Origin: Pseudomonadota bacterium
Lineage (GTDB): Bacteria > Pseudomonadota > Gammaproteobacteria > Steroidobacterales > Steroidobacteraceae
DNA: 49,086 bases
NCBI GenBank assembly: GCA_947453065.1
Contig: CANGFJ010000001.1
Span: forward strand, 1 to 49,086
Direction: 5' to 3'
The notes beneath the pieces are model-generated. The model made no database searches. It was given only the letters and a program-made list of their open reading frames with translations, and had not been told where the DNA came from. This document shows positions 28,706 to 37,905 of this stretch, in pieces. The position numbers were made by a program, and so were the translations under genes. Position 1 is the stretch's first letter; each line of letters opens with the position of its first letter.

Positions 28706-30558
28706 CAGAACATCTCCGAGGCGCCCGGCCGCTCGACCTTCGTGGCCACCTGCCGCGTCGGGATATGCGGACCAGTGATCATGCCGTCGTAGCTCTGGCC
28801 GGGGCCGACCATCGGGAACACGCCGGCATCCACGTCAATCATGACTTCCAGGAAAGCCGGGCCGGGGAAGGCCAGGAACTCGGCCACCACGCGCGGCACG
28901 TCTTCCTTGCGGTCCAGGCGCACGGCGTATTCAAAGCCATCGGCCTGCGCAGCCTTGACGAAGTCTTTCTTGTGGAGCGACTTGTCGGACGAGGCCATGC
29001 GGCCATCGAAGAACAGTTTCTGCCACTGGCGCACCATGCCGTCGCCAATGTTGTTGAGCACGACCACCTTCACCGGCAGGTCGTAGGTCGTCACGGTTTC
29101 GAGCTCGCCGAAATTCATGCGCACGCTGGCATCGCCATCGACGTCTATGACCAGACGATCCGGGTGCGCGACCTGCGCGCCGATGGCCGCCGGCAGGCCA
29201 AAGCCCATCGTGCCCATGCTGCCGGAAGTGAGCCACTGGCGCGGCCCGCGGAAATCGCAGTACTGCGCGGCCCACATCTGGTGCTGGCCCACGCCCGTGG
29301 AGATGATCGCGTTGCCACCGGCGATGCGGTTGATCTCCTCGAGGACGTAGTACGGCTGGATTAGCGCGCTGTCGCGGTCGTAGTTCATCGCATAGACGCG
29401 CTTGAGCTCGGCCACTTCCGCATGCCAGGCCGAGAAGTCGGGCTTCACGCCAGTACGGCGGCCGTAGGCGGTGAGCGCACGCAGGGCATCGGGCATTTCG
29501 CCGACATGGCTCCACTGCACCGGCTTGACCTTGTTGATCTCGGCCGCATCGATGTCGATCTGCGCGATGACCCGCGCATGCGGCGCGAACTTACCGACGT
29601 TGCCCGCGACACGATCGTCGAAGCGCGCGCCGATGGCGATGAGCATGTCGCAGTCATCGACGGCGTAGTTGGCGAAGGCCGCGCCGTGCATGCCCAGCAT
29701 GCGCAGCGACAGCGGCTCGTAGGTATCGACGGCGCCAATGCCCATGAGCGTGGTGACGACGGGGATGCCGAACGCCGCGGCAAATTCGCGCAGCTCCCGC
29801 GATGCTTCGGCGTGGATGACACCGCCGCCGGCATAGATCAGCGGGCGACGCGCCTGCGCGAGCGCCGCGAAGAAACTCGCCGCCTGCTCATCGCCAAGGC
29901 GATTGGCCGACACGGCCTCCATGCGCCGGCGGTACACACCCAGCGGCAAGGTGCCCTTGCCCTGGAAGGCGCCCTGCCAGTTCTGCACGTCCTTGGGGAT
30001 GTCGACAACCACGGGGCCAGGCCGGCCGGAACGCGCCAGCTCGAAGGCCGTGCGGATGGTGGCCTCGAGTTTTTCGGGCTCGGTGACCAGGAAGACATGT
30101 TTGGCGACCGATCCCATGATGGCGGCCACGGGTGCCTCCTGGAAGGCATCAGACCCGATGGCGGAGCGCGGCACCTGACCGCAGATGACCACCATGGGCA
30201 CGGAGTCGGCCATGCAGTCGCGCACGGGCGTGACCATGTTGGTGGCGCCTGGCCCCGAGGTCACCAGCGCGACGCCCACCTGCCCGGTGGAGCGCGAGTA
30301 CCCGGCGGCCATGAAGCCCGCGCCCTGCTCATTGGCGGGCACGATCAGTGGCAGGAGGGTGCGCCCCAGGCGCTGCTGGGCTTCGTTGTAGAGGAAGACC
30401 GCATCGTAGGTCGGCAGGATCGCCCCGCCGCTGTAGCCAAAGATAGCGGTGACGCCCTCATCGGCGATGGCCTGGACCACCATCTGGGCGCCGGTCATGT
30501 TGCGGCCCGCCAGCGGATGTTCCACTGACGGAATAGCGAGTTTCACAGTGTCGTTCAT
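28705..30558 (-). CDS. ilvI: acetolactate synthase (AHAS) catalytic large subunit
   Basis: FGYSGGAILPTYDA, GQHQMWAAQY, GSMGTMGFGLPAAIGA, VDGDASVRMN, NNIGDGMVRQWQ: TPP-enzyme and AHAS-specific motifs. 617 aa. Confidence 0.9.
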   Translation of the reverse strand: MNDTVKLAIPSVEHPLAGRNMTGAQMVVQAIADEGVTAIFGYSGGAILPTYDAVFLYNEAQQRLGRTLLPLIVPANEQGAGFMAAGYSRSTGQVGVALVTSGPGATNMVTPVRDCMADSVPMVVICGQVPRSAIGSDAFQEAPVAAIMGSVAKHVFLVTEPEKLEATIRTAFELARSGRPGPVVVDIPKDVQNWQGAFQGKGTLPLGVYRRRMEAVSANRLGDEQAASFFAALAQARRPLIYAGGGVIHAEASRELREFAAAFGIPVVTTLMGIGAVDTYEPLSLRMLGMHGAAFANYAVDDCDMLIAIGARFDDRVAGNVGKFAPHARVIAQIDIDAAEINKVKPVQWSHVGEMPDALRALTAYGRRTGVKPDFSAWHAEVAELKRVYAMNYDRDSALIQPYYVLEEINRIAGGNAIISTGVGQHQMWAAQYCDFRGPRQWLTSGSMGTMGFGLPAAIGAQVAHPDRLVIDVDGDASVRMNFGELETVTTYDLPVKVVVLNNIGDGMVRQWQKLFFDGRMASSDKSLHKKDFVKAAQADGFEYAVRLDRKEDVPRVVAEFLAFPGPAFLEVMIDVDAGVFPMVGPGQSYDGMITGPHIPTRQVATKVERPGASEMF

Positions 30559-30578
30559 CGTCCCCGAAGGGTACCAGC

Positions 30579-30596
30579 TTGGCGCCGCTGCGCCAA
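30579..30596. promoter_or_regulatory. perfect 7-bp-arm palindrome in the 85-bp ilvI/ilvH divergent spacer
   Basis: TTGGCGC-cgct-GCGCCAA, central in the only non-coding DNA between the two AHAS subunit genes. Confidence 0.3.
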
Positions 30597-30643
30597 AATC
30601 CGGCCTCCCCCAGAAGCGTCCGATCCTTTATCCTCGGCAGACC

Positions 30644-31144
30644 ATGCGGCATATCATCGGAATTCTCCTCCAGAACGAAGCGGGCGCCCTGAACCGGGTC
30701 GCCGGCCTGTTTTCCAACCGGGGCTACAACATCGAGTCTTTGTCGGTCGCACCGACCAAGGACCCGACCGTGTCCCGCATCACCCTGGTCACCGCCGGCT
30801 CCGACGCCGTGGTCCAGCAGATCGTCAGCCAGCTCAACAAGCTGATCGACGTACTCAAAGTCGACGACATGACCCGGGGCGAACACCTCGAGCGTGAACT
30901 GGCCTTGCTGAAATTGCGGGTGAACGCCGAACAGATCGGCGCACTACAGGGCGCCGTCAGCCAGTCAGGCGGACGGGTACTCGACGCAACGCCAGAGACG
31001 TTCATCGTCGAAATTACCGGGAACGAGGGCGAAATAAATGCCTTCATCGTCGAAATCGCCAAGCAAGGCGAGCTGACGGAAGTGGTGCGCAGTGGCGCAC
31101 TGGGGCTTGCCCGCGATGGCCGGACGCTACGCGTCAAGCAGTAA
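30644..31144 (+). CDS. ilvH: acetolactate synthase regulatory small subunit
   Basis: MRHIIGILLQNEAGALNRVAGLFSNRGYNIESLSVAPT... is the classic ACT-domain N-terminus of IlvH. 166 aa from ATG 30644. Confidence 0.9.
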   Translation: MRHIIGILLQNEAGALNRVAGLFSNRGYNIESLSVAPTKDPTVSRITLVTAGSDAVVQQIVSQLNKLIDVLKVDDMTRGEHLERELALLKLRVNAEQIGALQGAVSQSGGRVLDATPETFIVEITGNEGEINAFIVEIAKQGELTEVVRSGALGLARDGRTLRVKQ

Positions 31145-31182
31145 ACCAAAAATCAACCGATCGGCCGGTAAAGGCCGATCGG
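31145..31182 (-). terminator. intrinsic terminator for glnB (may also act on ilvH)
   Basis: Perfect 10-bp stem CCGATCGGCC / GGCCGATCGG (31157-31166 / 31173-31182) with a 6-nt loop. On the minus strand it is followed by TTGATTTTTGGTTT. It starts 22 nt after the glnB stop. Confidence 0.7.
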
Positions 31183-31204
31183 CGATCTGTACAGCTTCCG
31201 GACC

Positions 31205-31561
<357 letters not shown>

Positions 31562-31607
31562 TTAATCTGGATCGGCTTCAGAGCGGTTTAAAGACTGCGA
31601 AGCAGTT

Positions 31608-31623
31608 TGCACCTTCCGTGCCA
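31608..31623 (-). promoter_or_regulatory. sigma54 (-24/-12) promoter candidate upstream of glnB
   Basis: The minus strand reads TGGCACGGAAGGTGCA (GG-N10-GC spacing, consensus TGGCAC-N5-TTGCA), about 65 nt upstream of the glnB ATG. Confidence 0.45.
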
Positions 31624-31709
31624 CGTTCATCGTAGCCTCAAACCCCTGCTGTCGCAGCATCGAAACGTTTGACCCGCGATATCGCGCACTGTTTTGGAGC
31701 GACTCGAAC

Positions 31710-33746
31710 TTGGCCACGCTCGCTGCTGGTGCGAAACCCGCCTCACTGACCCTTGCACTGCTGCTCGGTGCCCTCTGGCTGCCCGTCGGCGCAGCCGAAG
31801 TGCGCATCCTGAGCCTGGAGCGCGTCACACCGAGCGAATCCGTGCAACCGCAGGCCCGGGGCAGCACCCCCGGTACCCGCCTGCGCCTGGCCAGTGGCAC
31901 CCGGCAGTTCGATTTCCTGCTTGAGCCCAACACGGGCTTGCTGCCCGGGGGGCAGACCGGCGCCACCGAAGCCCTCAAGGGCAGCCTGCCTGGCCTACCC
32001 GGCTCCTGGGCGCGGCTCACCCGGCGGGCCGGGCGCTACCAGGGCATCTATTCCGACGGCGCACAGACCTATCTCGTAGAGAGTGCCGGCAGCGCCGGCC
32101 GCAGCAATGCGCAGGCCGCCGCCCTGGACCCGACCGCGACCGTGATCTATCGCGCTGCCGACCTGCAGATCAGCGGCGTGGTACTGGATGGCGACACGGT
32201 CAGCATCGTGCGCACGGGCGCCGACCTGCTGGGCGCCGTGGCCGCTGACCTGGCGCCCGCCACCGGCGCCGCAGTGCTGGCAACCCGACGCCTGGATATC
32301 GGCGTCATCGTCGATGCCGAGCTGGCAACTCTGGACGGCACGAACACCGACGCGCGGGTCATCGACCGGCTGAACATCGTCGATGGCATCTTCTCGGCCC
32401 AGGTGGGCGTGCAACTGCGGCTGGCCAGCACCACGGTGATGGATGCCGCCACCCAGCCCTTCACCAGCACGGCGTCCGGTACCCTGCTGGACCAGCTGGG
32501 CACGTATCGCCGGGGTTCGTCGGTGCAGACCGCCAGCGGTCTCACGCACCTGATGACCGGTCGCGACCTGGACGGGCAGACAGTGGGCATTGCCTACATC
32601 GGCAGCCTCTGCAGCAGCCGCTTCGGCGCCAGCCTGTCGGAGGCGCGCAATTCGGTGCCCTTCGATGCGCTGATCGCGGCCCATGAGATCGGGCATGCCT
32701 TTGGCGCCCCGCACGACGGCGACACGACCGCGGCCTGCGGCGCGACCGCCGACACGCTCTATCTGATGGCACCCCGCCTCAACGGCAGCTCAACCTTCTC
32801 GGATTGCAGCCTGCAGGAGATTGCCAAGACGATCACGGCGTCCAGCTGCCTGGCGCAGGTGGATGCGGCCGATGCCGCGCTGTCGGTGCCCGTCACCAGC
32901 CGGCTCGCGCTGAACCAGGCGACCACGGTGACCTTCACCGTCCGCTCGGTGGGCACGGCGGCCGTGAACGCGGTGGCCCTCACCGTCACCCCGCCCGCAA
33001 GCGTCGTGGTAGCGGGCGGCGGCGTCACGGGCGGCAGCTGCGACACCCTGCAGGGGCGACTCAACTGCAGCCTGGGCACCCTGGCTGCCGGCGAGAGCCG
33101 TGACGTACAGCTGAGCCTCACCAGTTCGAGCACTGGCAGCAGTGCCGCGACCCTGCAACTCACGGCCGCCAACGATGGGCTGGCGCAGAACAACCGCGTG
33201 CAGCTGAGCCTGACGACCGCGCCGGGCAGCGACCTCTCGGCCGGCCTTGCCAGCGACGCGCAGAGCGTAACGATCGGCCAGTCCACGACACTGCATGTCA
33301 GCCTGCGCAACCTGGGGCTGTCGGCGGCGCCTGACGCCCTGCTCACCGCCACGCTGCCCGCCGGCGTCACGCTGCAGTCGGTGGGCAGCAGCGGCATCAG
33401 CTGCACCCTGAATGCGGGCGCCATGGACTGCCCGGCAGCAGGGCTGGCCGTGGACGCCACAGCCACCGTGACGCTGGGGCTGCGCGTCGACCAAGTGGGG
33501 GCGTTGCCGGTGAGCGTGAACTTCCGCTCGGCGCTGCTGGCCGACCCGCAGCCCGGCAACAACGTGGCGACGCTGAGCCTGACGGGCACCGCGGTGCCAC
33601 CGCCCGCACCCACGCCGGCGGCCAGCAGTTCGGGCGGCGGCGGGGGACGGCTGGACCTGCTGGCGCTGCTGGGCCTGGCGCTGCTGCGGGGCCTGCAGGG
33701 GCGGGCCCTGCGGCCGCGCCGGGCCGGTCAGCCCTTCAGGAAATAG
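31710..33746 (+). CDS. secreted metzincin (reprolysin/M12B-like) zinc protease with two DUF11-type beta-sandwich repeats and a GlyGly-CTERM-like sorting tail
   Basis: Signal peptide LALLLGALWLPVGAAE. HEIGHAFGAPHDGD at about nt 32682-32723 (HExxHxxGxxHD). Two repeats ending ...GESRDVQLSL and ...DATATVTLGL. The C-terminus SSSGGGGGRLDLLALLGLALLRGLQGRALRPRR is Gly run + TM helix + basic cluster. Confidence 0.8.
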   Translation: MATLAAGAKPASLTLALLLGALWLPVGAAEVRILSLERVTPSESVQPQARGSTPGTRLRLASGTRQFDFLLEPNTGLLPGGQTGATEALKGSLPGLPGSWARLTRRAGRYQGIYSDGAQTYLVESAGSAGRSNAQAAALDPTATVIYRAADLQISGVVLDGDTVSIVRTGADLLGAVAADLAPATGAAVLATRRLDIGVIVDAELATLDGTNTDARVIDRLNIVDGIFSAQVGVQLRLASTTVMDAATQPFTSTASGTLLDQLGTYRRGSSVQTASGLTHLMTGRDLDGQTVGIAYIGSLCSSRFGASLSEARNSVPFDALIAAHEIGHAFGAPHDGDTTAACGATADTLYLMAPRLNGSSTFSDCSLQEIAKTITASSCLAQVDAADAALSVPVTSRLALNQATTVTFTVRSVGTAAVNAVALTVTPPASVVVAGGGVTGGSCDTLQGRLNCSLGTLAAGESRDVQLSLTSSSTGSSAATLQLTAANDGLAQNNRVQLSLTTAPGSDLSAGLASDAQSVTIGQSTTLHVSLRNLGLSAAPDALLTATLPAGVTLQSVGSSGISCTLNAGAMDCPAAGLAVDATATVTLGLRVDQVGALPVSVNFRSALLADPQPGNNVATLSLTGTAVPPPAPTPAASSSGGGGGRLDLLALLGLALLRGLQGRALRPRRAGQPFRK

Positions 33747-35311
33747 CGCTGCAGGTAGCTGTCGAAGGACTCGACCTGGGTGGCCTCGAGGCGCCGCTGC
33801 TGTGCGAGGGATTCGTCCGCCTCGCGGCGAAACTCCACCAGGCGGGCGTCGTTGGGCGAATACAGGTCGAGGAAGTAGGCCTTGTGGGTGGCCGACATGC
33901 GCAGTGCCAGGTCGAAGAAGGACTCTTCGCTGCCTTTGAGTTCGTGCAGCAGCTTTGCCGAGGGCGTCTGGTCGACGTCTTCGAGCTTCTCGCGCTGCGC
34001 ACGCAGTGCCAGCGCATAAGGTCGCGCCGGGTCACCGTGGTCGAGCATCTCGCAGATGCCTTCCATCGAATCGAGGATCTCGCGCGCCCAGTGCTGCAAG
34101 CCCTGCGGCCGACCGTCCCGCGACAGCGTGAGACCCGGCTCGCGCCCGCGGCGTGCGACCACCAGGTGGTTGTCATCCAGCTGCGCCTGCTCGGCGGTGC
34201 TGATGGGCGGGCTGTCACGCAGCACGCACATCGCCACGAAGGCTTCCATGAAGCGCAGCGTGTTCTGGTTGACGCCCACGGGGTCGAAGGCGCTGACGTC
34301 CAGCGCGCGCACCTCGACGTATTCCACGCCCCCGCGCAGCAGCGCGGCGCTGGGGCTCTCGCCGGAACGCGTGACGCGCTTGGGGCGGATGTAGCTGTAG
34401 TACTCGTTCTCGATCTGCAGGATGTAGCTGTTGAGCTGCTGGTACTGGCCGTCGACGCAGAGCCCGATCTGCTCATAGGGCGGATGCGGCGTGCTGATGG
34501 CATGGCGCAGGTCGCGCACGTACTCATCGAGGCTGTTGACCGACACCGACACCTCGGCCTGGTTGCGGTTGCGGTAGCCGATGTCGCTCATGCGCAGCGA
34601 GGTGCCGTAGGGCTCGTAGGCGGTCTCGGCATCCAGCATCGGCAGGTCGGTGTGCGCGTCCTTCAGGAAGGACTTGCCGACGGTGGGCGAGGTGCCGAAG
34701 AGGTAGAGCACCAGCCAGCCATGCCGGCGGTAATTGCGCAGCAGCTCGAAATAACCCTGCGAACGGAAGGCCTGGCCGCTGTCATGCGACTGGCGGGCGG
34801 CCGCATAGGCCTCCCAGAACACCGCCGGGAAGGAATAGTTGAAGTGCACGCCGGAGATGGCCTGCATCAGCCCGCCATAGCGGTTGCGCAGGCCGTGGCG
34901 GTAGACGCTCTTCATGCGGCCCACGTTGGACTCGCCGTAGTAGGCGATGGGCACTTCGGCGTCGCTGGCGAGGCGGCAGGGCATGGACGTGGCCCAGAGC
35001 AGTTCGTCGCCCAGGTGGCGGTAGGTGAACTGGTGCAAGTCGCAGAGGTACTGGACCAGCTCCCAGCTGGTACGGAAGGCCGGTGTCACCAGTTCAATCA
35101 GCGACTCGGAGAAATCGGTGGTGAGGTGCTCGTTGGTGAGCGCAGAGCCCAGCTCATAGGGGTGGGGCGTCTGGGCGAGCGCGCCGCCAGGCTGCACGCG
35201 CAGGCTTTCCTTCTCCACGCCTTTAAGGCCTTCCTGGAGGAATCGCGGCTCGCCGGCGTTGACCAACGCCGTCATTCGCCGCTCGAATTGTCGGTCTATA
35301 GAGGAAGGCAT
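33728..35311 (-). CDS. gshA: glutamate-cysteine ligase (proteobacterial GshA type)
   Basis: 527 aa. GVEKESLRV, TDFSESLIELVTP, and SGVHFNYS-type motifs typical of E. coli-type GshA. Confidence 0.9.
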   Translation of the reverse strand: MPSSIDRQFERRMTALVNAGEPRFLQEGLKGVEKESLRVQPGGALAQTPHPYELGSALTNEHLTTDFSESLIELVTPAFRTSWELVQYLCDLHQFTYRHLGDELLWATSMPCRLASDAEVPIAYYGESNVGRMKSVYRHGLRNRYGGLMQAISGVHFNYSFPAVFWEAYAAARQSHDSGQAFRSQGYFELLRNYRRHGWLVLYLFGTSPTVGKSFLKDAHTDLPMLDAETAYEPYGTSLRMSDIGYRNRNQAEVSVSVNSLDEYVRDLRHAISTPHPPYEQIGLCVDGQYQQLNSYILQIENEYYSYIRPKRVTRSGESPSAALLRGGVEYVEVRALDVSAFDPVGVNQNTLRFMEAFVAMCVLRDSPPISTAEQAQLDDNHLVVARRGREPGLTLSRDGRPQGLQHWAREILDSMEGICEMLDHGDPARPYALALRAQREKLEDVDQTPSAKLLHELKGSEESFFDLALRMSATHKAYFLDLYSPNDARLVEFRREADESLAQQRRLEATQVESFDSYLQRYFLKG

Positions 35312-35396
35312 GGGGAGGCGGAGTCTACTCCGGGGCGACGGTTACCGCTGGGCATCGTGGCATGGCATCCTAGCCGGGCCCGATACCGGAGGGGTC

Positions 35397-36698
35397 ATGC
35401 TGGTCGGAAACACTGTCAGACGCGTCGCCATTCTTGGCGGCTCCCGCATTCCCTTTGCCCGTGCCCACGGCGCCTATGCCGGGGTCGGCAACCCCGAGAT
35501 GCTCACCGCGGCGCTGCGCGGCGTGGTCACCCAATTCGGGCTTGATGGCGTGCGCCTGGGCGATGTGATCGCCGGCGCGGTCATCAAGCATTCCAAGGAC
35601 TTCAACCTGGTGCGCGAGTGCGTGCTGTCCTCGGGCCTGCACCCGCAGACCCCGGGGCTGGACATCCAGCGGGCCTGCGGCACGAGCCTGGAAGCGGCGA
35701 TTCTCATCGGCAACAAGATCGCACTCGGGCAGATCGACGTCGGCATTGCCGCCGGCGTGGACAGCATCAGCGACCCGCCGGTGGTCTACCCGCAGTCCTA
35801 CCGCGACCTGCTGCTGCAGAGCTACCGCGGCCGCACCCTGTGGGCGCGCATCAAGCCCTGGCTGTCGCTGCGCCCGCACCACTTCACGCCGGTGATGCCC
35901 GGGGTCATCGAGCCGCGCACGGGTCTGTCGATGGGCCAGAGCACCGAGCAGATGGCCAAGACCTGGCAGATCAGCCGTGCCGAACAGGACCAGCTGGCGG
36001 CTGCCAGCCACGCCCACGCGGCGGCCGCTTGGGCCTCCGGCTTCAACGACGACCTGGTCACGCCCTTCGAAGGTTTGACCCGCGACAACAACATCCGCGC
36101 TGATTCCTCTGCCGAAAAACTGGGCAAGCTGCGTCCGGCCTTCGACCTGTCGGGTGCCGGTACGCTGACCGCGGGCAACAGCACGCCGCTGACCGACGGC
36201 GCCGCCGGGGTGCTGCTGGCCAGCGAGGCTTGGGCCGAAAGCCGCGGGCTGCCGGTCCTGGCCTACCTGACCTATGGCAAGAGCTGGGCGGTGGACTTCG
36301 CCGGGGGCGAGGAAGGCCTGCTGATGGCGCCCGCCCATGCCGTCTCGGAGATGCTGCGGGATGCCGGACTGACGCTGCAGGACTTTGACTACTACGAGAT
36401 CCACGAGGCGTTTGCCGCGCAGGTGCTGGCCACGCTCAAGGCCTGGGAGTCGCCGGACTATTGCCGCGACCGCCTTGGCCGCGACCAGCCCCTGGGTGCG
36501 ATCGACCGCAGCCGGCTCAACGTCAACGGCAGCAGCATCGCGATGGGCCATCCGTTTGCCGCGACGGGCGCCCGCATCCTGGCCACCGCCAGCAAGCTGC
36601 TGGCCACGAACCCGGCGGCGCGCCGGGTGCTGGTCTCCGTCTGCACCGCAGGCGGCATGGGCGTGACCGCCATCGTCGAATCGGCTGGCGCGACCTGA
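35397..36698 (+). CDS. thiolase-family acetyl-CoA C-acyltransferase
   Basis: Start at ATG 35397, preceded by GGAGGGG. RRVAILGGSRIPFARA, QRACGTSLEAA (nucleophile Cys), NGSSIAMGHPFAATGAR, SVCTAGGMG. Confidence 0.85.
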   Translation: MLVGNTVRRVAILGGSRIPFARAHGAYAGVGNPEMLTAALRGVVTQFGLDGVRLGDVIAGAVIKHSKDFNLVRECVLSSGLHPQTPGLDIQRACGTSLEAAILIGNKIALGQIDVGIAAGVDSISDPPVVYPQSYRDLLLQSYRGRTLWARIKPWLSLRPHHFTPVMPGVIEPRTGLSMGQSTEQMAKTWQISRAEQDQLAAASHAHAAAAWASGFNDDLVTPFEGLTRDNNIRADSSAEKLGKLRPAFDLSGAGTLTAGNSTPLTDGAAGVLLASEAWAESRGLPVLAYLTYGKSWAVDFAGGEEGLLMAPAHAVSEMLRDAGLTLQDFDYYEIHEAFAAQVLATLKAWESPDYCRDRLGRDQPLGAIDRSRLNVNGSSIAMGHPFAATGARILATASKLLATNPAARRVLVSVCTAGGMGVTAIVESAGAT

Positions 36699-37216
36699 TG
36701 GCCGTTCGTCCGATGCGCATCGGTGCCGCGGCACCGCGTGGCCAGTGGCGTGCGCTGGGCCTGTCGCTGCTGCTGGTGATCGTGGCCGGTGGCGTGGGCG
36801 CCATCGCCTCACTCGATGCGCAGTCGTTCTATGCGCTGCTGGCCAAGCCCGCCTGGGCCCCGCCGGCGGGCGTGTTCGGCCCGGTGTGGACGGCGCTGTA
36901 CCTGTGCATGGGCCTGGCGGCCTGGATCGTGTGGCGCGCCCGCGGCGACATTGCGCATGCCTCGGACGCCTTCCTGCTCTACGGCGCGCAGCTGGTGCTC
37001 AACGGCCTGTGGTCCTGGCTGTTCTTCCGCTGGCACCTGGGCGCGCTGGCGCTGGTGGAGGTCTGCCTGCTGTGGCTGGCCATCCTGGCCACGCTGGTGC
37101 ACTTCTGGCGCATCCGCCGCTCGGCGGGCCTGCTGCTGCTGCCCTATCTGCTGTGGGTGAGTTTCGCCACGGCGCTGACCGCGGCCGAATGGCGCCTGAA
37201 CCCCGGGATACTGTGA
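36698..37216 (+). CDS. tspO: TspO/MBR tryptophan-rich sensory protein
   Basis: KPAWAPPAGVFGPVWTALYLCMGLAAW...LNGLWSWLFF...LLPYLLWVSFATALT. The ATG overlaps the thiolase TGA by 1 nt. Confidence 0.85.
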   Translation: MAVRPMRIGAAAPRGQWRALGLSLLLVIVAGGVGAIASLDAQSFYALLAKPAWAPPAGVFGPVWTALYLCMGLAAWIVWRARGDIAHASDAFLLYGAQLVLNGLWSWLFFRWHLGALALVEVCLLWLAILATLVHFWRIRRSAGLLLLPYLLWVSFATALTAAEWRLNPGIL

Positions 37217-37218
37217 GC

Positions 37219-37884
37219 ATGGCCGACTACACCCGCCTGATGGCCCGCGACGGCCACGAGTTCAACGCCTGGCTGGCCGCGCCCAAGGGCGCGCCGCGGG
37301 GTGCGGTGATCATCCTGCAGGAGATCTTCGGCGTGAACGCGCACATCCGCGCCGTCACCGAAAGCTATGCGGCCGAGGGCTACCTGGCCATCGCGCCCTG
37401 CCTGTTTGACCGCGTGCGGCGCGACCTGGAACTGGGCTATTCGGCCGACGAGGTCGAGGAAGGTCGCGGCACCATGAAGCAGCTGGCGCAGGACACGGTG
37501 CTGCTGGATATCGGCGCCTCGCTCAACGTGGTGAAGCACGCCGGCCGGGTGGCGGCCATCGGCTATTGCTGGGGCGGCACGCAGGCCTACCTGGCGGCCT
37601 GCACGCTGCCGGTGGCGGCGGCTGTGGCCTATTACGGCACCAGCATCGCGATGCACCTGGACAAGCACCCGGTACACCCGGTGCTGTACCACTTCGGCGA
37701 GCGCGACAAGTCGATTCCGCCAGAGGCGATCGAGAAGATCCGCGCGGCCGATCCGCAGGGCATTTATCACCTTTATCCGGCGGACCACGGGTTCAGCTGC
37801 GACCACCGCGCGATGTACGACGCGGAGTGCGCGGCGCTCGCGCGGGCCCGCACGCTGCAGTTTCTTGCCGACCACGTCGGCTGA
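37219..37884 (+). CDS. dienelactone hydrolase family protein
   Basis: VIILQEIFGVN, GYCWGG (Cys nucleophile elbow), HGF near the C-terminus. Starts 2 nt after the tspO stop. The N-terminal part of track ORF 36745..37884 is rejected. Confidence 0.85.
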   Translation: MADYTRLMARDGHEFNAWLAAPKGAPRGAVIILQEIFGVNAHIRAVTESYAAEGYLAIAPCLFDRVRRDLELGYSADEVEEGRGTMKQLAQDTVLLDIGASLNVVKHAGRVAAIGYCWGGTQAYLAACTLPVAAAVAYYGTSIAMHLDKHPVHPVLYHFGERDKSIPPEAIEKIRAADPQGIYHLYPADHGFSCDHRAMYDAECAALARARTLQFLADHVG

Positions 37885-37905
37885 TTTCAAGGACGACACG
37901 GCACG

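Noticed and set aside
31562-32020. 152-aa minus-strand ORF in the glnB/protease intergenic region
   Set aside because: It overlaps the protease signal-peptide region and the sigma54 promoter candidate. It is Arg/Pro/Ser-rich with no motif or ribosome-binding site.
33884-35545. 553-aa plus-strand ORF opposite gshA. Similar long shadow ORFs: 35370..36812(-), 37144..38946(-), 39546..41177(-), 41921..43099(-), 42885..43745(-), 45588..47492(+), 47520..48479(+), 26807..27775(+)
   Set aside because: Each lies opposite a gene with strong diagnostic motifs, and none has a recognisable domain, signal or ribosome-binding site. All are treated as GC-driven shadow ORFs.
36745-37218. N-terminal 158 codons of track ORF 36745..37884
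   Set aside because: This part overlaps tspO in another frame and is Arg/Gly/Ala-rich. The dienelactone hydrolase homology begins at ATG 37219, 2 nt after the tspO stop.
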